Assembly (NCBI GenBank): GCA_021817165.1
Contig: JAKAVT010000002.1
Location: forward strand, 43,563 to 107,562
DNA from: Nanobdellota archaeon
GTDB lineage: Archaea; Nanobdellota; Nanobdellia; Parvarchaeales; Parvarchaeaceae
DNA: 64,000 bases
Direction: 5' to 3'
The position numbers and the translations under genes were made by a program. Below are positions 1 to 10,112 of the stretch, one piece after another. The notes under the pieces were generated by a model. It worked only from the letters and a program-made list of their open reading frames with translations. It did not search any database and was not told where the DNA came from. The first letter of the stretch is position 1. Each line of letters opens with the position of its first letter.

Positions 1-1895
1 ATGTTCGGTACATCAAAGTGCCCTCCAGATACTGTTCCAGTCCTTTCAAATACCGTTCCATCCGGCAGGACCATCCTGTATTTGTTTATAAGTTCCTTCG
101 CAGAATCGAAATCCTTGACCAGCACCGTGTCTCCGAATACGAATTTCATCGCCTGCAAAAAGGCATCGTCAAAATCGACAAGGTTTATTATGTAATCGAC
201 TATCCTTGTGTCATCGATCTTTTCAAGATTATAGCTGCTCTTTACAGTGGTTAAAGGTACGAAGGTGTAAAAGCCAAGCTTTTCCTTTTTGAGTTTGTCT
301 ATGCACTGTCTGGCGGTTTCCTCGTTGTCTATAACTATGAAATCTCCCCTGCGGCCTATAGACCTAAGAACCGGTATGGAATACCCCTCATTCTTCAGCG
401 AAAAAAGTTCAGACACTGTACCGTGTATTCCGTTTATTTCCTTCTTGAGCCTGTTAACGATGTCTATTACCCTATTCTGAGAGGACAGAGCATTTCTCTG
501 GTTAAGCAGGTTTTCTCTCAGCAGATATATGGAATCGGCCTCCCGCTTTGCCTGTGTTTTCAGCCTGTCAATTTCCGGCTTTAACGCGGAGAAAGACAGC
601 GTCATCTCCTTTATCTCTTTTTCAACCTCGTTCCTACTTGATTCTAACTTGGTAAGATCTTCCTGCATTTCTGCGATCTTTGGATAGTTTGCCAGCGCAA
701 TCTTCTGTTCATATATCTTTTTGTCTGTATCATAGATCTTTTTTTCAAGCGTTTCCCTGGTTTTAATGTAATTCTGCGTCTTTGATTCGCTTTCTATCAA
801 TGAAATCTTCTTAGAATTCAATGCGGAGATCCGCTCTTCCAGTCTTTTCTTTTCCGCCTCTTCGGTTTTTATCTGCTGCTTCATGTCCTCCTGGGATCTT
901 GAAAGTTCCTCTATGGACAGAAGGATATTGTTAAGCTGCTCATTGTCGTTTTTAAGCACAGCATTCAGCCTTGCAAGTTCAGAATCGAACTCCTTTGTCT
1001 TGTTTTCTGCTTCTAGTATCTCCTTTTCGCCTTCGGCTTCTGCTTTTGTGTTTATAGTGTTTACTTCGTCGTTTATCTTTTTTGCTTTTTCGTTTAATGC
1101 CTCTATTTCTGACGAAAGGCTTTCATTTCCCTTCTCCGCTTCCTTAAGTTTTTCCAGGATGGCCTGCAATTCCAAATGTGCCTTGTCCCTTTTTATCATC
1201 GACTGCTTTGAGAGGAGAGAGGCCTGCCTGCCCTTAAGCTCCTGAAATTCTATGGCCCGCGTTTTCTCTTTTTCGAGCTGCGCCATTAATTTCTGCTTTT
1301 CATTAAGCACGGTACCTATCTTTGAGATGTTTTCTTCTACCTTTTTCATCTCGTTCATTGCCTTGCTTTTTTTATCCTCGAATACGCTTATTCCAGAGAT
1401 GTCGTTTATCAAACTGAGCCTGTCTTCATTGGAAGTGCCGACTACCTCCAGTATTCTGCCCTGTGAAATTATGTTGAACCCGTCCTGCCTGAATTTTACC
1501 AGCGACAGAACGTTCAAAACCTCCTCTCTGGTAGAAGCCTTTCCGTTTATTCTGTAAACGCTCTTTCCATTTTTGTCCACCTTCCTGCTTAAGGAAACCT
1601 CTTTTTCTTCGATTCCGTGGAAATCTCCCTTTGAATTGTCAAGAACAACGTTCACTTTTGCATTTTCTGCCTGCCTGCCGCTTTTTCCGCCGTTGAATAT
1701 AAGATCCGTAAGGACGTCAGACCGCATCTCTTTTTTTGACGATCCGCCAAAAACAAAAAGAAGCGCGTCGATTATGTTGCTTTTTCCGGAGCCGTTTGCA
1801 CCGGCTATGGCGTTGAAACCGTTTATAAAATCAAATTTCACGTGGCCTGCGAAGGATTTGAAATTATCGAGTTCTACTTGTTTTATATAAGTCAT
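1..1895 (-). CDS. smc: SMC chromosome segregation ATPase, N-terminal part; the gene runs off the window start
   Basis: Minus-strand reading frame is open to the window edge. Start ATG is the reverse complement of 1893-1895. N-terminus reads MTYIKQVELDNFKSF...GANGSGKSN (Walker A). A long K/E/L-rich coiled coil follows. The S/F/L-rich plus-strand ORFs at 883-1890 are antisense artefacts. Confidence 0.85.
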   Translation of the reverse strand, partial: MTYIKQVELDNFKSFAGHVKFDFINGFNAIAGANGSGKSNIIDALLFVFGGSSKKEMRSDVLTDLIFNGGKSGRQAENAKVNVVLDNSKGDFHGIEEKEVSLSRKVDKNGKSVYRINGKASTREEVLNVLSLVKFRQDGFNIISQGRILEVVGTSNEDRLSLINDISGISVFEDKKSKAMNEMKKVEENISKIGTVLNEKQKLMAQLEKEKTRAIEFQELKGRQASLLSKQSMIKRDKAHLELQAILEKLKEAEKGNESLSSEIEALNEKAKKINDEVNTINTKAEAEGEKEILEAENKTKEFDSELARLNAVLKNDNEQLNNILLSIEELSRSQEDMKQQIKTEEAEKKRLEERISALNSKKISLIESESKTQNYIKTRETLEKKIYDTDKKIYEQKIALANYPKIAEMQEDLTKLESSRNEVEKEIKEMTLSFSALKPEIDRLKTQAKREADSIYLLRENLLNQRNALSSQNRVIDIVNRLKKEINGIHGTVSELFSLKNEGYSIPVLRSIGRRGDFIVIDNEETARQCIDKLKKEKLGFYTFVPLTTVKSSYNLEKIDDTRIVDYIINLVDFDDAFLQAMKFVFGDTVLVKDFDSAKELINKYRMVLPDGTVFERTGTVSGGHFDVPN

Positions 1896-1957
1896 AATTA
1901 ACTATCTAAAAAAATTTTTAATATTAAATGCTAACTATTCTGCGGCTTTCTACAGGA

Positions 1958-2755
1958 TCAGTCAACCACGTGCGAAGATATGAGTTTTTTGATCCTTTCC
2001 GGAAGGTATTTTCCCTTTATGTGCAGCACCACTTCATTGCTTGGATGCGTTTCGCTTTCGTTTTCAGTAAATATGAATATTTCGTTGCCGTCCACTATTA
2101 CGAACCTTCCTATGTCTAGGTCTGTTTTGTTGAGCTTACCAAACTGTTTTATCTCGTTCATCAACGTCTCGTTAACGTCTTTTACCGGTGCATAAACGTG
2201 TACGGTCACATTGTTGGCTTTGGCCTTTTTAAGCGCCCTTCCGAGAGCACTTATCTTCTTTTCCAATGACTGTTCGGTTGTAATCAAAACTATCTCCCCT
2301 TTCGCTGAGCCTATGCTTTTCTTTATCCTAAAATATATATTGTCCAGGCCCTGATAGGAGTTCGCCACCTTCCCTTCATCTACATATTTTATCCCTTTGT
2401 TATACAGATTTTGAAGATCGCTAAGCATTGCGCTATCCTTTAGCTTGCTCAGCTTTTCCACTCTCTGCTCAAGGGATTCCTTTGCCTTTTCTTCAAGCTT
2501 TTCTATTAGCTCCTGTGGCGGTATCGCCCTGTAGCTTATCGGTTTGCTTAAATCCCTGACTATGAAACCGCCGTTTTCCAATGAAACTAGTATGTCGTAG
2601 GCTCTTGATTTTGGTATGTTCGCTATCTCGCTCAATTTACCGGAAGTGGATTTTCCCTGTGAAAGCAAGGCCAGCCATACTTTTGCTTCGTATAGGTTCA
2701 AGCCGAACATCCTTCTTATTTTAGCTATATAATCTTCACTAAACGACAATGCCAT
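1958..2755 (-). CDS. TrmB-family transcriptional regulator (N-terminal wHTH)
   Basis: N-terminal segment LNLYEAKVWLALLSQGKSTSGKLSEIANIPKSRAYDILVSLENGG matches the TrmB-type HTH. 265 aa. Confidence 0.65.
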   Translation of the reverse strand: MALSFSEDYIAKIRRMFGLNLYEAKVWLALLSQGKSTSGKLSEIANIPKSRAYDILVSLENGGFIVRDLSKPISYRAIPPQELIEKLEEKAKESLEQRVEKLSKLKDSAMLSDLQNLYNKGIKYVDEGKVANSYQGLDNIYFRIKKSIGSAKGEIVLITTEQSLEKKISALGRALKKAKANNVTVHVYAPVKDVNETLMNEIKQFGKLNKTDLDIGRFVIVDGNEIFIFTENESETHPSNEVVLHIKGKYLPERIKKLISSHVVD

Positions 2756-2853
2756 AATGAATCACCTACACAGTATTTAGCAATAAACAAGTATATAAAT
2801 CTTTCTTTTTCACCGAAAATAAAAGTAAAAAAATAAAAAAATTAAAGTAATCT

Positions 2854-3114
2854 TTATACTTTTGCCTTAAATACCCACATCGCAAAGGAAAACACGATTA
2901 TTCCTATTATTACCTCGAATAATGGGTAGATATAAGACGATGGTGCCGTCGTGACGGTCTTGTAGAAATACCCGCTAAGAACCGCTGACGAAAGGATAGA
3001 AGTCAAGCCAAACACTATAAGGACTACTCCCAATCCGAATAGGATTAAGCCAATTACTGCATCGACTATCCTTTTTTCCTCGTCGACAAACTTTAAACTG
3101 TCTTTCGCTTTCAT
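2854..3114 (-). CDS. small membrane protein (2 predicted TM), hypothetical
   Basis: 86-aa ORF with two hydrophobic helices. No recognisable motif. Confidence 0.35.
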   Translation of the reverse strand: MKAKDSLKFVDEEKRIVDAVIGLILFGLGVVLIVFGLTSILSSAVLSGYFYKTVTTAPSSYIYPLFEVIIGIIVFSFAMWVFKAKV

Positions 3115-3209
3115 AATACGTTTAAGTTTTTGTTATTTAAAAGCTTTTTTACGCTTTAGAATCCAAAAGTATTACTTAACAATAAATACTTTAAAAGCAT
3201 AATAAGGAT

Positions 3210-3752
3210 ATGGAAGAAGAGAAGTGCGTCTTCTGCATGATAGCCAGCAAGAAAGTGCCTGCAAAAGAGGTGTACGAAGACCAGATGATAATGGGAGTAC
3301 TGGACATCAATCCGGCTTCCAAAGGCCACGTGATAATGATACCTAAAAAGCACTACAACAACATCTACGAAATACCCCAGGATGAGTTTCTGCAGTATGT
3401 AAGCGTCGCGAGAGCCGTAGGCTATGCAATATTGCTGTCACTCGCTCCCAACAACGTGGAAATGCTCTATACAAAGGAGCTTACCAAGGGCAGCATAACA
3501 CCGCATGCCTTGATACATCTCATACCTAGATACAACGATGACACGATAAACCACGTATGGCAGCCGCAGAAAATGGAGGAAAGCGACTTTGTTGCGATTG
3601 AAAATGCGATAAAATCGGCCATAGAGAAGGTTAAGGCGGCGGAAACGCAGAAACCTGCAAAGCCTGCAGTGGAGGAGCAGAAAAAACCGGAAAACGGGGT
3701 AAAAGAGGTCAAGCCGCAGATAAACATATCAAGAAAAGTGGTAGTATTCTAG
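3210..3752 (+). CDS. HIT-family (histidine triad) hydrolase with K/P-rich C-terminal tail
   Basis: Zinc-knuckle-like CVFCMI at the N-terminus. Histidine-triad-like HALIHLIP motif. C-terminal 40 aa is a low-complexity KPAKPAVEEQKKPE tail. Confidence 0.65.
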   Translation: MEEEKCVFCMIASKKVPAKEVYEDQMIMGVLDINPASKGHVIMIPKKHYNNIYEIPQDEFLQYVSVARAVGYAILLSLAPNNVEMLYTKELTKGSITPHALIHLIPRYNDDTINHVWQPQKMEESDFVAIENAIKSAIEKVKAAETQKPAKPAVEEQKKPENGVKEVKPQINISRKVVVF

Positions 3753-4282
3753 TTTCCCTGATATTCTACAGTCTTTGTGTCTTCCTTCTTTATTTCTTCC
3801 TGTATGGTGTCTTTTATTTCCTTAAACTCTTTCTTATCCACGTCGAAATAATCGTAGAACGAAGGGGTTATCCGTATTACCTTTCTTCCGTCCTCTACTG
3901 CCGTTGAGACCAGTCCCCTGGACTGAAGTTCTTTGATGTGCTGGTATGAAACGCTGCCCCTCTTTTTCACAAGATCGCTTTGCTTTATTTTACCGTTCAG
4001 CACTATCAAACTCAGAGTCATCAACACTCCCTTGCTCATGTCGGTTCTCAGCGTGTCCTGCACCAGATGAAGAAGATCGCTTCTCAGCCTCATCCTGTAC
4101 AAATTGCCCTCCGTCAATATGTAGAAGGCGCTTTTTCTTTCATCGTAGGATTTATTAAGCGAATTGATTGCTTTTTTGATTATTATCGGGTCGGACTTGG
4201 TCCTTTTCACGATTTCTTCAAGGCTTATGCCGTCTCCGAAAGAAAATACGAGTGCTTCAACATATTCGTTTATCTTTACCAT
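3749..4282 (-). CDS. scpB: segregation and condensation protein B (ScpB)
   Basis: N-terminal YVEALVFSFGDGISLEEI is typical of the ScpB wHTH. About 177 aa. Lies directly downstream of scpA. Confidence 0.7.
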   Translation of the reverse strand: MVKINEYVEALVFSFGDGISLEEIVKRTKSDPIIIKKAINSLNKSYDERKSAFYILTEGNLYRMRLRSDLLHLVQDTLRTDMSKGVLMTLSLIVLNGKIKQSDLVKKRGSVSYQHIKELQSRGLVSTAVEDGRKVIRITPSFYDYFDVDKKEFKEIKDTIQEEIKKEDTKTVEYQGN

Positions 4283-4338
4283 GGTATATAATAATAATTG
4301 CAGTTGGTTATTTTAAATGTTCGCAGCAGAATATGCTT

Positions 4339-5004
4339 TTAACCCTTCACCCTGCTCCTTATGTATATCTCTTTGAACGGCTCCTCCTGTGATATCTCCA
4401 CCTTGTTCATGTTTGATATGAATAGAAGCGGAAGCAAAGTATATATCACTTCTTTTCTGTCGTTCTTTTTTGATATTAACTCAGAAAAAAGAACTATCTC
4501 CTTTGCCCCAAAAAGCTTGGCCAACTTTTCAACGAGCAGCCTTATTCTGTCCTCTATTTTTACTTCCTTTAATTTTAAGTCAAAGTTTATCTTCTGCTTC
4601 GTACTATAGCGCATGGCGTCTCTTATCGTGTTTATCAGTTCCGTCAGCGTTATCTTCCTGCTCCTGAAAAGCGGCAGCTTTGACGTAACGGCTATGTCAA
4701 AAGGCACCGCTTTTATGTACCTCTGCTGGCTTTCCTTTTCTTTCTTACGATTGAGTTCGAGCATTTCCTCCACCACAGTGTCGGATTTCATCTTCAGCAA
4801 TATCGCCGCCGTGTATACGAATTTCCCGCCGAACCTGAAATCTATCTGGCTTATTTTTGATATCAAAGCGGCGAACCTGTCCGCTATTTTTATGAGGTCT
4901 ATGTCCATCGGATCCATCCCCTCATCTCTTATTATCGTCGTTATAAGATGCTCCCATCCGAGCTCGTCGTTCAGAATAAGCCGGTATATTTCTTCGTGAT
5001 CCAT
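4339..5004 (-). CDS. scpA: segregation and condensation protein A (ScpA, kleisin)
   Basis: 221 aa. Sits upstream of scpB and 1 nt after the cdc48 stop. Kleisin-like N- and C-terminal helices. Confidence 0.65.
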   Translation of the reverse strand: MDHEEIYRLILNDELGWEHLITTIIRDEGMDPMDIDLIKIADRFAALISKISQIDFRFGGKFVYTAAILLKMKSDTVVEEMLELNRKKEKESQQRYIKAVPFDIAVTSKLPLFRSRKITLTELINTIRDAMRYSTKQKINFDLKLKEVKIEDRIRLLVEKLAKLFGAKEIVLFSELISKKNDRKEVIYTLLPLLFISNMNKVEISQEEPFKEIYIRSRVKG

Positions 5005-5005
5005 C

Positions 5006-7291
5006 TCAACCGAAATAATTCAGCTCCTTTGCCTTTTCTTTTCTACTGTAAAGTTTCTTCGCCATTTCTTCGTATTTCTTCGTGTCTTCCGGCGTCAAGC
5101 TCGGTCTTACCAAGTCCAGAGCTTTTTCAAAGTCGTCTCTAGTTACCTTGCTTGCAGAGATGTTGTTTCTAAGAGCATTCATCCCCGCTTCCTTCGCAAG
5201 CCTTTCTATGTCTGACCCAACGTAGCCTTCCGTTTTTTTCACAAGGAACTCTATAAGCTCTTCTTTGCCTTCCTCTATCGGCATTTTGTTTAAATATACT
5301 TTGAGTATCTCCCTCCTTCCATTTTCATCAGGAGGAGGAACGAACACTATATTGTCAAACCTTCCGGTCCTTAATATCGCCGAATCCACCTTGTCTACTC
5401 TGTTTGTCGCTCCTATTACGATCACATTTTTAAGAGGCTCTATGCCGTCCAATTCGGTAAGCAATTGGTTTACGACCTGCTCGGTCGCGTTGTTTCCTTC
5501 GTAGTTGGACCTTGAAGAGGCTATGCTGTCCAATTCATCTATGAATATTATTGACGGAGAAACCTGCCTTGCCTTGTCAAATATCTCCCTTACCCTCTTC
5601 TCGCTTTCTCCTACGTACTTGTTGTATATTTCCGGCCCCTTTATCGCAATGAAATTCGATTCGGTTTCATGCGCTACGGCTCTTGCAAGCAATGTCTTTC
5701 CCGTACCCGGCGGACCGTAAAGCAGTATCCCTTTTGGAGGGGTTATGCCTATCTTTCTAAATGAATCGGGGTGCTTCAAAGGCCATTCTATCGCTTCTTT
5801 AAGTTGGGCTTTGACCTGATCCAAACCTCCCACATCCTCCCATCCAACGCTGGGCCTTTCAACCAGAACCTCACGCATTGCGCTTGGCCTGACGAACCTT
5901 AACGCTTCCCTGAAATCATCCATCGTTACTATCAATTTTTCAAGTACGGTCTTTGGTATGTTTTCCCCTTCCTTTACGTTCAACTCGTTTATATTTCTCC
6001 TTATGACGTTCATCGCCGCTTCCTTTATCAGCGACTCTATGTCCGCTCCGACGAAGCCGTGCGTTATCTTCGATATGTAGTTAAGATCAACGTTTTTGTC
6101 CAAAGGCATGTTTCTTGTGTGGATGTTCAGTATCTCCAGCCTTCCTTTCTCGTTTGGCACGCCGAACATTATCTCCCTGTCAAACCTTCCAGGTCTACGC
6201 AGTGCAGGATCTATCGCGTTAGGTCTGTTTGTAGCAGCTATTACTATCACTTTGCCCCTGCTCTTGAGACCATCCATCAAGGTAAGAAGCTGCGAAACGA
6301 CCCTATGCTCGACTTCTCCAATGCTTTCCTCCCTCTTTGTCGCTATCGCATCTATCTCGTCTATGAATATTATTGAAGGGGCATTCTTCTCCGCTTCATC
6401 GAATATCTCCCTTAATTTCTTTTCGGCGTCACCGACCCACTTGCTCATTACTTCCGGGCCGTTTATCGTTATAAAATGCGCATCGCTTTCATCCGCTACG
6501 GCTCTTGCAAGCAATGTCTTTCCCGTACCTGGCGGACCGTAAAGCAAAACGCCCCTTGGCGGAGTTATCCCCAGCCTCATAAATATCTCTGGGTGCTTCA
6601 ACGGCATCTCAACCATCTCTCTTATCTTTGAAACTTCGTCCGACAATCCGCCGACATCTTCGTAGCTTACGTGCTTTACTCTTGACTCCTCGGAAAGTTT
6701 GACCGGTTCCGGAGAAATGTTTATATCAGTGTTTTCAGTTATTACAACGAAGCCCTTAGGTGAAGTCGAAGTAACCAGAAAGCGAAGCTCCGAGAAACCG
6801 AACTGGAAGGACGGAAAGGCAGTGTTCTCAAATATACCCATTATATCATCTCCGAAAAACGAGGCAAATGAGCTCCTGCCTCCGCTGCCAAGCGTTATTA
6901 TATCCCCTTTTGAGACTGCCCTGTCAAGCAGCAATCTCCCTATTACATTTTCCGCACCGCGTATCGATATAGTAGACAAAGGGGAAAGATTAACGACATC
7001 CGCTTCGTAAATTTCGGCTTTCCTTACTATCACGTTCTCTCCTATGGCCGCCTTTGCATTCTTTCTGGTAGTACCGTCCATTCTTATTATGTTCAAACCT
7101 AAATCACCCGGGTGCGCCCTGTCCACTTTCGCGACTGTCTTTCTATTCCCCTCTATCTCTACGAAATCTCCAGGCCTCACTCCTATCTGTTTCATCCATG
7201 CCGTGCCCACTCTTACGGAATTCTGCCCTATGTCGTCCTGCTGCGCTTCCGCAACCTTTAAGCTTATTTCTATCTTGTTATCCTCTTCCAT
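5006..7291 (-). CDS. cdc48: Cdc48/VAT AAA+ ATPase (two AAA domains plus N-domain)
   Basis: Two copies of [15 protein letters not shown] Walker A, each followed by an [20 protein letters not shown] Walker B. VAT-N-like N-terminus. 761 aa. Confidence 0.95.
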   Translation of the reverse strand: MEEDNKIEISLKVAEAQQDDIGQNSVRVGTAWMKQIGVRPGDFVEIEGNRKTVAKVDRAHPGDLGLNIIRMDGTTRKNAKAAIGENVIVRKAEIYEADVVNLSPLSTISIRGAENVIGRLLLDRAVSKGDIITLGSGGRSSFASFFGDDIMGIFENTAFPSFQFGFSELRFLVTSTSPKGFVVITENTDINISPEPVKLSEESRVKHVSYEDVGGLSDEVSKIREMVEMPLKHPEIFMRLGITPPRGVLLYGPPGTGKTLLARAVADESDAHFITINGPEVMSKWVGDAEKKLREIFDEAEKNAPSIIFIDEIDAIATKREESIGEVEHRVVSQLLTLMDGLKSRGKVIVIAATNRPNAIDPALRRPGRFDREIMFGVPNEKGRLEILNIHTRNMPLDKNVDLNYISKITHGFVGADIESLIKEAAMNVIRRNINELNVKEGENIPKTVLEKLIVTMDDFREALRFVRPSAMREVLVERPSVGWEDVGGLDQVKAQLKEAIEWPLKHPDSFRKIGITPPKGILLYGPPGTGKTLLARAVAHETESNFIAIKGPEIYNKYVGESEKRVREIFDKARQVSPSIIFIDELDSIASSRSNYEGNNATEQVVNQLLTELDGIEPLKNVIVIGATNRVDKVDSAILRTGRFDNIVFVPPPDENGRREILKVYLNKMPIEEGKEELIEFLVKKTEGYVGSDIERLAKEAGMNALRNNISASKVTRDDFEKALDLVRPSLTPEDTKKYEEMAKKLYSRKEKAKELNYFG

Positions 7292-7295
7292 TTTA

Positions 7296-7799
7296 TCAAC
7301 CTCCTAAGACGAATACTCTCTTTTTCAGGTATTCAACGTTCCATTTCTTTATGAAATTCTCTGCATTCCTCTCATTAGCCGAAGGCACAAATATGGCACT
7401 TTTAGTAAGCCTGCCTCCTCCTAATGTCTGCAATAAGCCTTCTTTTCCCCTTCTTCCAAGCAATGCATAATTAAAAAGCATCTTTCTGCTCTGCTCTAAT
7501 TTTGTAAGATCGTAGAATATTTCGGTTATCTCGTTAAAGCCCAATTTATTGAAGAACGGCTCGTTGTCAAAAACGCTCACTGCGTCCATTAGCTGCGAAA
7601 ACATCTTCCTCTGCATCATTTCCATTACGTCCAGGAATTCAACGTCTTTTCCGAAAACCTTTTCCACCTTCTCTTCATTGCCTTTGCTGTCATCTTTAAG
7701 TATAATATAAAGTTTGTTATCTTTCTTTATGGCATCAAAAAGGCAGTCAATTATGTCATCCGGGATAGAGTCTATTTCCATATGTTTACGATAAACCAT
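7296..7799 (-). CDS. hypothetical protein, first gene of the cdc48-scpA-scpB transcription unit
   Basis: 167-aa ORF with a 4-nt gap to cdc48. No recognisable motif. Confidence 0.45.
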   Translation of the reverse strand: MVYRKHMEIDSIPDDIIDCLFDAIKKDNKLYIILKDDSKGNEEKVEKVFGKDVEFLDVMEMMQRKMFSQLMDAVSVFDNEPFFNKLGFNEITEIFYDLTKLEQSRKMLFNYALLGRRGKEGLLQTLGGGRLTKSAIFVPSANERNAENFIKKWNVEYLKKRVFVLGG

Positions 7800-7864
7800 A
7801 TGAATGAACTAATATAAATAACTTTCTATTTTACAGCCCTTTTTAAATCTTTCCTTTTTAAAAA

Positions 7865-7894
7865 ATCCAAAAAAAACAAATTTTTGTTTTGGAT
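7865..7894. repeat. inverted repeat ATCCAAAA(A/T-rich)TTTTGGAT in the divergent promoter region between the cdc48 unit and the atp operon
   Basis: 8-bp perfect outer arms, ATCCAAAA at 7865-7872 and TTTTGGAT at 7887-7894. The arms flank an A/T tract. Confidence 0.4.
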
Positions 7895-7945
7895 CAATTA
7901 CCAAAAAACAGCAAAGCTTAAAAATAGAAAAAAACGTAAAATGCT

Positions 7946-8179
7946 ATGGTAATTGCAACAGATGCAGGCGCTCTATATGCGATAGCCGCAGCAATAGCAA
8001 TAGCAGGGGGTTTAGTAGGTACTGGAATGGCACAGCAAGGGATAGGTGCTGCTGGTATGGGAATAATCGCTGAAAAGCCGGAGAAATTCGGACAGGTACT
8101 TTTCTTCTTCGTAATCCCTGAAACACTGTGGATAATAGGTTTCGTGCTGGGATTGATATTGCTGTTACAGATACTGTGA
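7946..8179 (+). CDS. atpK: A-type ATP synthase proteolipid subunit K (c subunit)
   Basis: 77 aa with two hydrophobic helices, GGLVGTGMAQQGIGAAGMG and a conserved E in helix 2 (PETLWI). TATA-like TTAAAAATA about 25 nt upstream of the ATG suggests a leaderless transcript. Confidence 0.85.
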   Translation: MVIATDAGALYAIAAAIAIAGGLVGTGMAQQGIGAAGMGIIAEKPEKFGQVLFFFVIPETLWIIGFVLGLILLLQIL

Positions 8180-8195
8180 GGCATAGCATTATTAT

Positions 8196-8756
8196 ATGAG
8201 TCTTGAGAAGATAGCGGAACACATAGAGAAAGAAACAGATACTAAGGTAAAAAAAATAGTCATAGAAGCGCAGCTCAAGGCAAATGAATCGGCAAAGGAA
8301 GCTGACAAAAAAGCCGGAGAAATCATAAAAGAAGCCAAAGAAAAAACAAAAGAACTTGCCGCTGAAAAAGAAGCTATAGAAAACGCAAAGACGCACGTGG
8401 AAAAGAACCAGGTGATAAAGAAGGCGGTCAGCGATGCATTTAAGGAAAGCATGAACAACCTTTATCTGGCGGAGGAAAAATTCAGCAAAAGCGCAGAATA
8501 TGAAAAATTGATGTCAATACTCATAAAAGAAGCAAAAAAAAGGATGGGAGAAAACGCGGTGCTTTTCATGAACAAAGAAGACCTGCAGACTTTCGGCAAA
8601 AAGGAAAAAAACGCAAAGCAAATGAAAAAAAAGGCGTTTGGAGTTTATGCAGAATCTCCTGACGGAAAGTTCTCCATAGACTTGTCACTAGACAAAGTAA
8701 TACAATCGCTTGAAGAAAAAATCGCAAAAAGAGTAATTGAAAAGCTGGAGAAATAA
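8196..8756 (+). CDS. atpE: A-type ATP synthase subunit E
   Basis: 186-aa K/E-rich coiled-coil N-terminus. Sits between K and C in the operon. Confidence 0.7.
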   Translation: MSLEKIAEHIEKETDTKVKKIVIEAQLKANESAKEADKKAGEIIKEAKEKTKELAAEKEAIENAKTHVEKNQVIKKAVSDAFKESMNNLYLAEEKFSKSAEYEKLMSILIKEAKKRMGENAVLFMNKEDLQTFGKKEKNAKQMKKKAFGVYAESPDGKFSIDLSLDKVIQSLEEKIAKRVIEKLEK

Positions 8757-8757
8757 A

Positions 8758-9798
8758 ATGGATTCTACATATGCTGGCGCTTACGGACACGTTAAAGCAT
8801 TGTATCTTAATCTTCTAAAAAAAGACGAGATAGACCGAATAAAGGAAACAAAGAAGGAGGAATTTCTAAACGTGCTTTCTTCTACTTCCTACAAAAACGA
8901 AATTGATCAGTTCTACAACCAGTTCAAGGAGCCAGACATAATAGACGTTGTAGTAAACACGCATTTTTTAAACAACTGCAATTCTGCGATGGGAGTACTG
9001 CCAAGCATTGGAAAGCCGCTGATAAGAAGCTATCTTTCAAAAATAGATATACAGAACATAAAACTTATACTTGCGGCAAAGCTCATAGGAAGAAACGTGG
9101 AAATGACTGAGAACCTGCTTACAATAGGTAGAAGCTTTCCGCTTGGGTTCTCAAGTCCATTGATAAGCAAGGAAGAATACAGAAACATAATAGAGCAGAA
9201 GGATACGGTGGAAGTCATAAATTACCTTACTAGATACAGTTACGGCAGGGTTTTGCTTCCTTTTTCAGTGTCGGCGGAATTAAGCAGGGACGTTTCCGGG
9301 ATGGCATTAGCATTGGACGTAGACTATTACAATGAACTTCTGAGAAACTTTAAGTTCTACAATGGAAACGAGGGCCCAGTCCTGAGATTCATACAGGGGC
9401 TGATAGACTTAAGGAATATAATAACGGTTATAAAGGAGATAGAGCTCAGAAAGCCGGCAAAGGAGCTTTTGATTAACGGAGGTTCTATAAGCGTTGACAA
9501 GCTAAGCGACATGACAAAGATGAGCATAGAAGATTTTATAAAAGACCTGCCTTACGATTTAAACGAAGCCCTGCAGCTTTATAAGGAAGACGGACTCATC
9601 GCCAACTTCGAAGTTGAATTAAAGAGAATAGTACACGACAAATACCTTCCAATATTCAGGGCAAACGCGCTTTCGGTGGCAGCCGTGCTTTCGTTCATAA
9701 TAAGCGCTGAGATAGAAAAAGACACGATAAGACTGAGTTGGTTTAAAAAATATTACGATATAGAAAAGAAAATTGTAGATATAGGATATGGAATTTAA
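8758..9798 (+). CDS. atpC: A-type ATP synthase subunit C
   Basis: 346 aa. Start taken at the ATG at 8758, directly after the atpE stop; the tracked ORF start at 8737 overlaps atpE. Confidence 0.75.
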   Translation: MDSTYAGAYGHVKALYLNLLKKDEIDRIKETKKEEFLNVLSSTSYKNEIDQFYNQFKEPDIIDVVVNTHFLNNCNSAMGVLPSIGKPLIRSYLSKIDIQNIKLILAAKLIGRNVEMTENLLTIGRSFPLGFSSPLISKEEYRNIIEQKDTVEVINYLTRYSYGRVLLPFSVSAELSRDVSGMALALDVDYYNELLRNFKFYNGNEGPVLRFIQGLIDLRNIITVIKEIELRKPAKELLINGGSISVDKLSDMTKMSIEDFIKDLPYDLNEALQLYKEDGLIANFEVELKRIVHDKYLPIFRANALSVAAVLSFIISAEIEKDTIRLSWFKKYYDIEKKIVDIGYGI

Positions 9799-10111
9799 AC
9801 GAATAGTTTTTATAGGAGACAGGAGAGATTCACTTGGATTAAAGCTTGCGGGCATTGATAACTCGATGTATTTAACCGGAAAGGAAGCGCTGAATGAAGT
9901 AATTAAATTAATAAAAAGCAAGGAATATAACCTTATAATAGCCGAGGAGAGTATAAAGGACTATGCGGATCAGAATGAGCTGAATACGATAAATTTAAGC
10001 GTAGATCCGCTGGTATTGCTTATACCCTCGCATGAAATCGAGGAAAGCAAAGAATCACTGGAAAGCTTGGCAAAAAGAGTACTGGGGGTGGACATAACAA
10101 AATTAAAATAA
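9788..10111 (+). CDS. atpF: A-type ATP synthase subunit F
   Basis: 107 aa. RIVFIGDRRDSLGLKLAGI is typical of subunit F. Confidence 0.8.
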   Translation: MEFKRIVFIGDRRDSLGLKLAGIDNSMYLTGKEALNEVIKLIKSKEYNLIIAEESIKDYADQNELNTINLSVDPLVLLIPSHEIEESKESLESLAKRVLGVDITKLK

Positions 10112-10112
10112 A

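Noticed and set aside
883-1890. Plus-strand ORFs encoding S/F/L-rich low-complexity peptides
   Set aside because: They lie antisense to the clearly recognisable smc coding frame (Walker A plus coiled coil). Their composition is the mirror image of a K/E-rich coiled coil.
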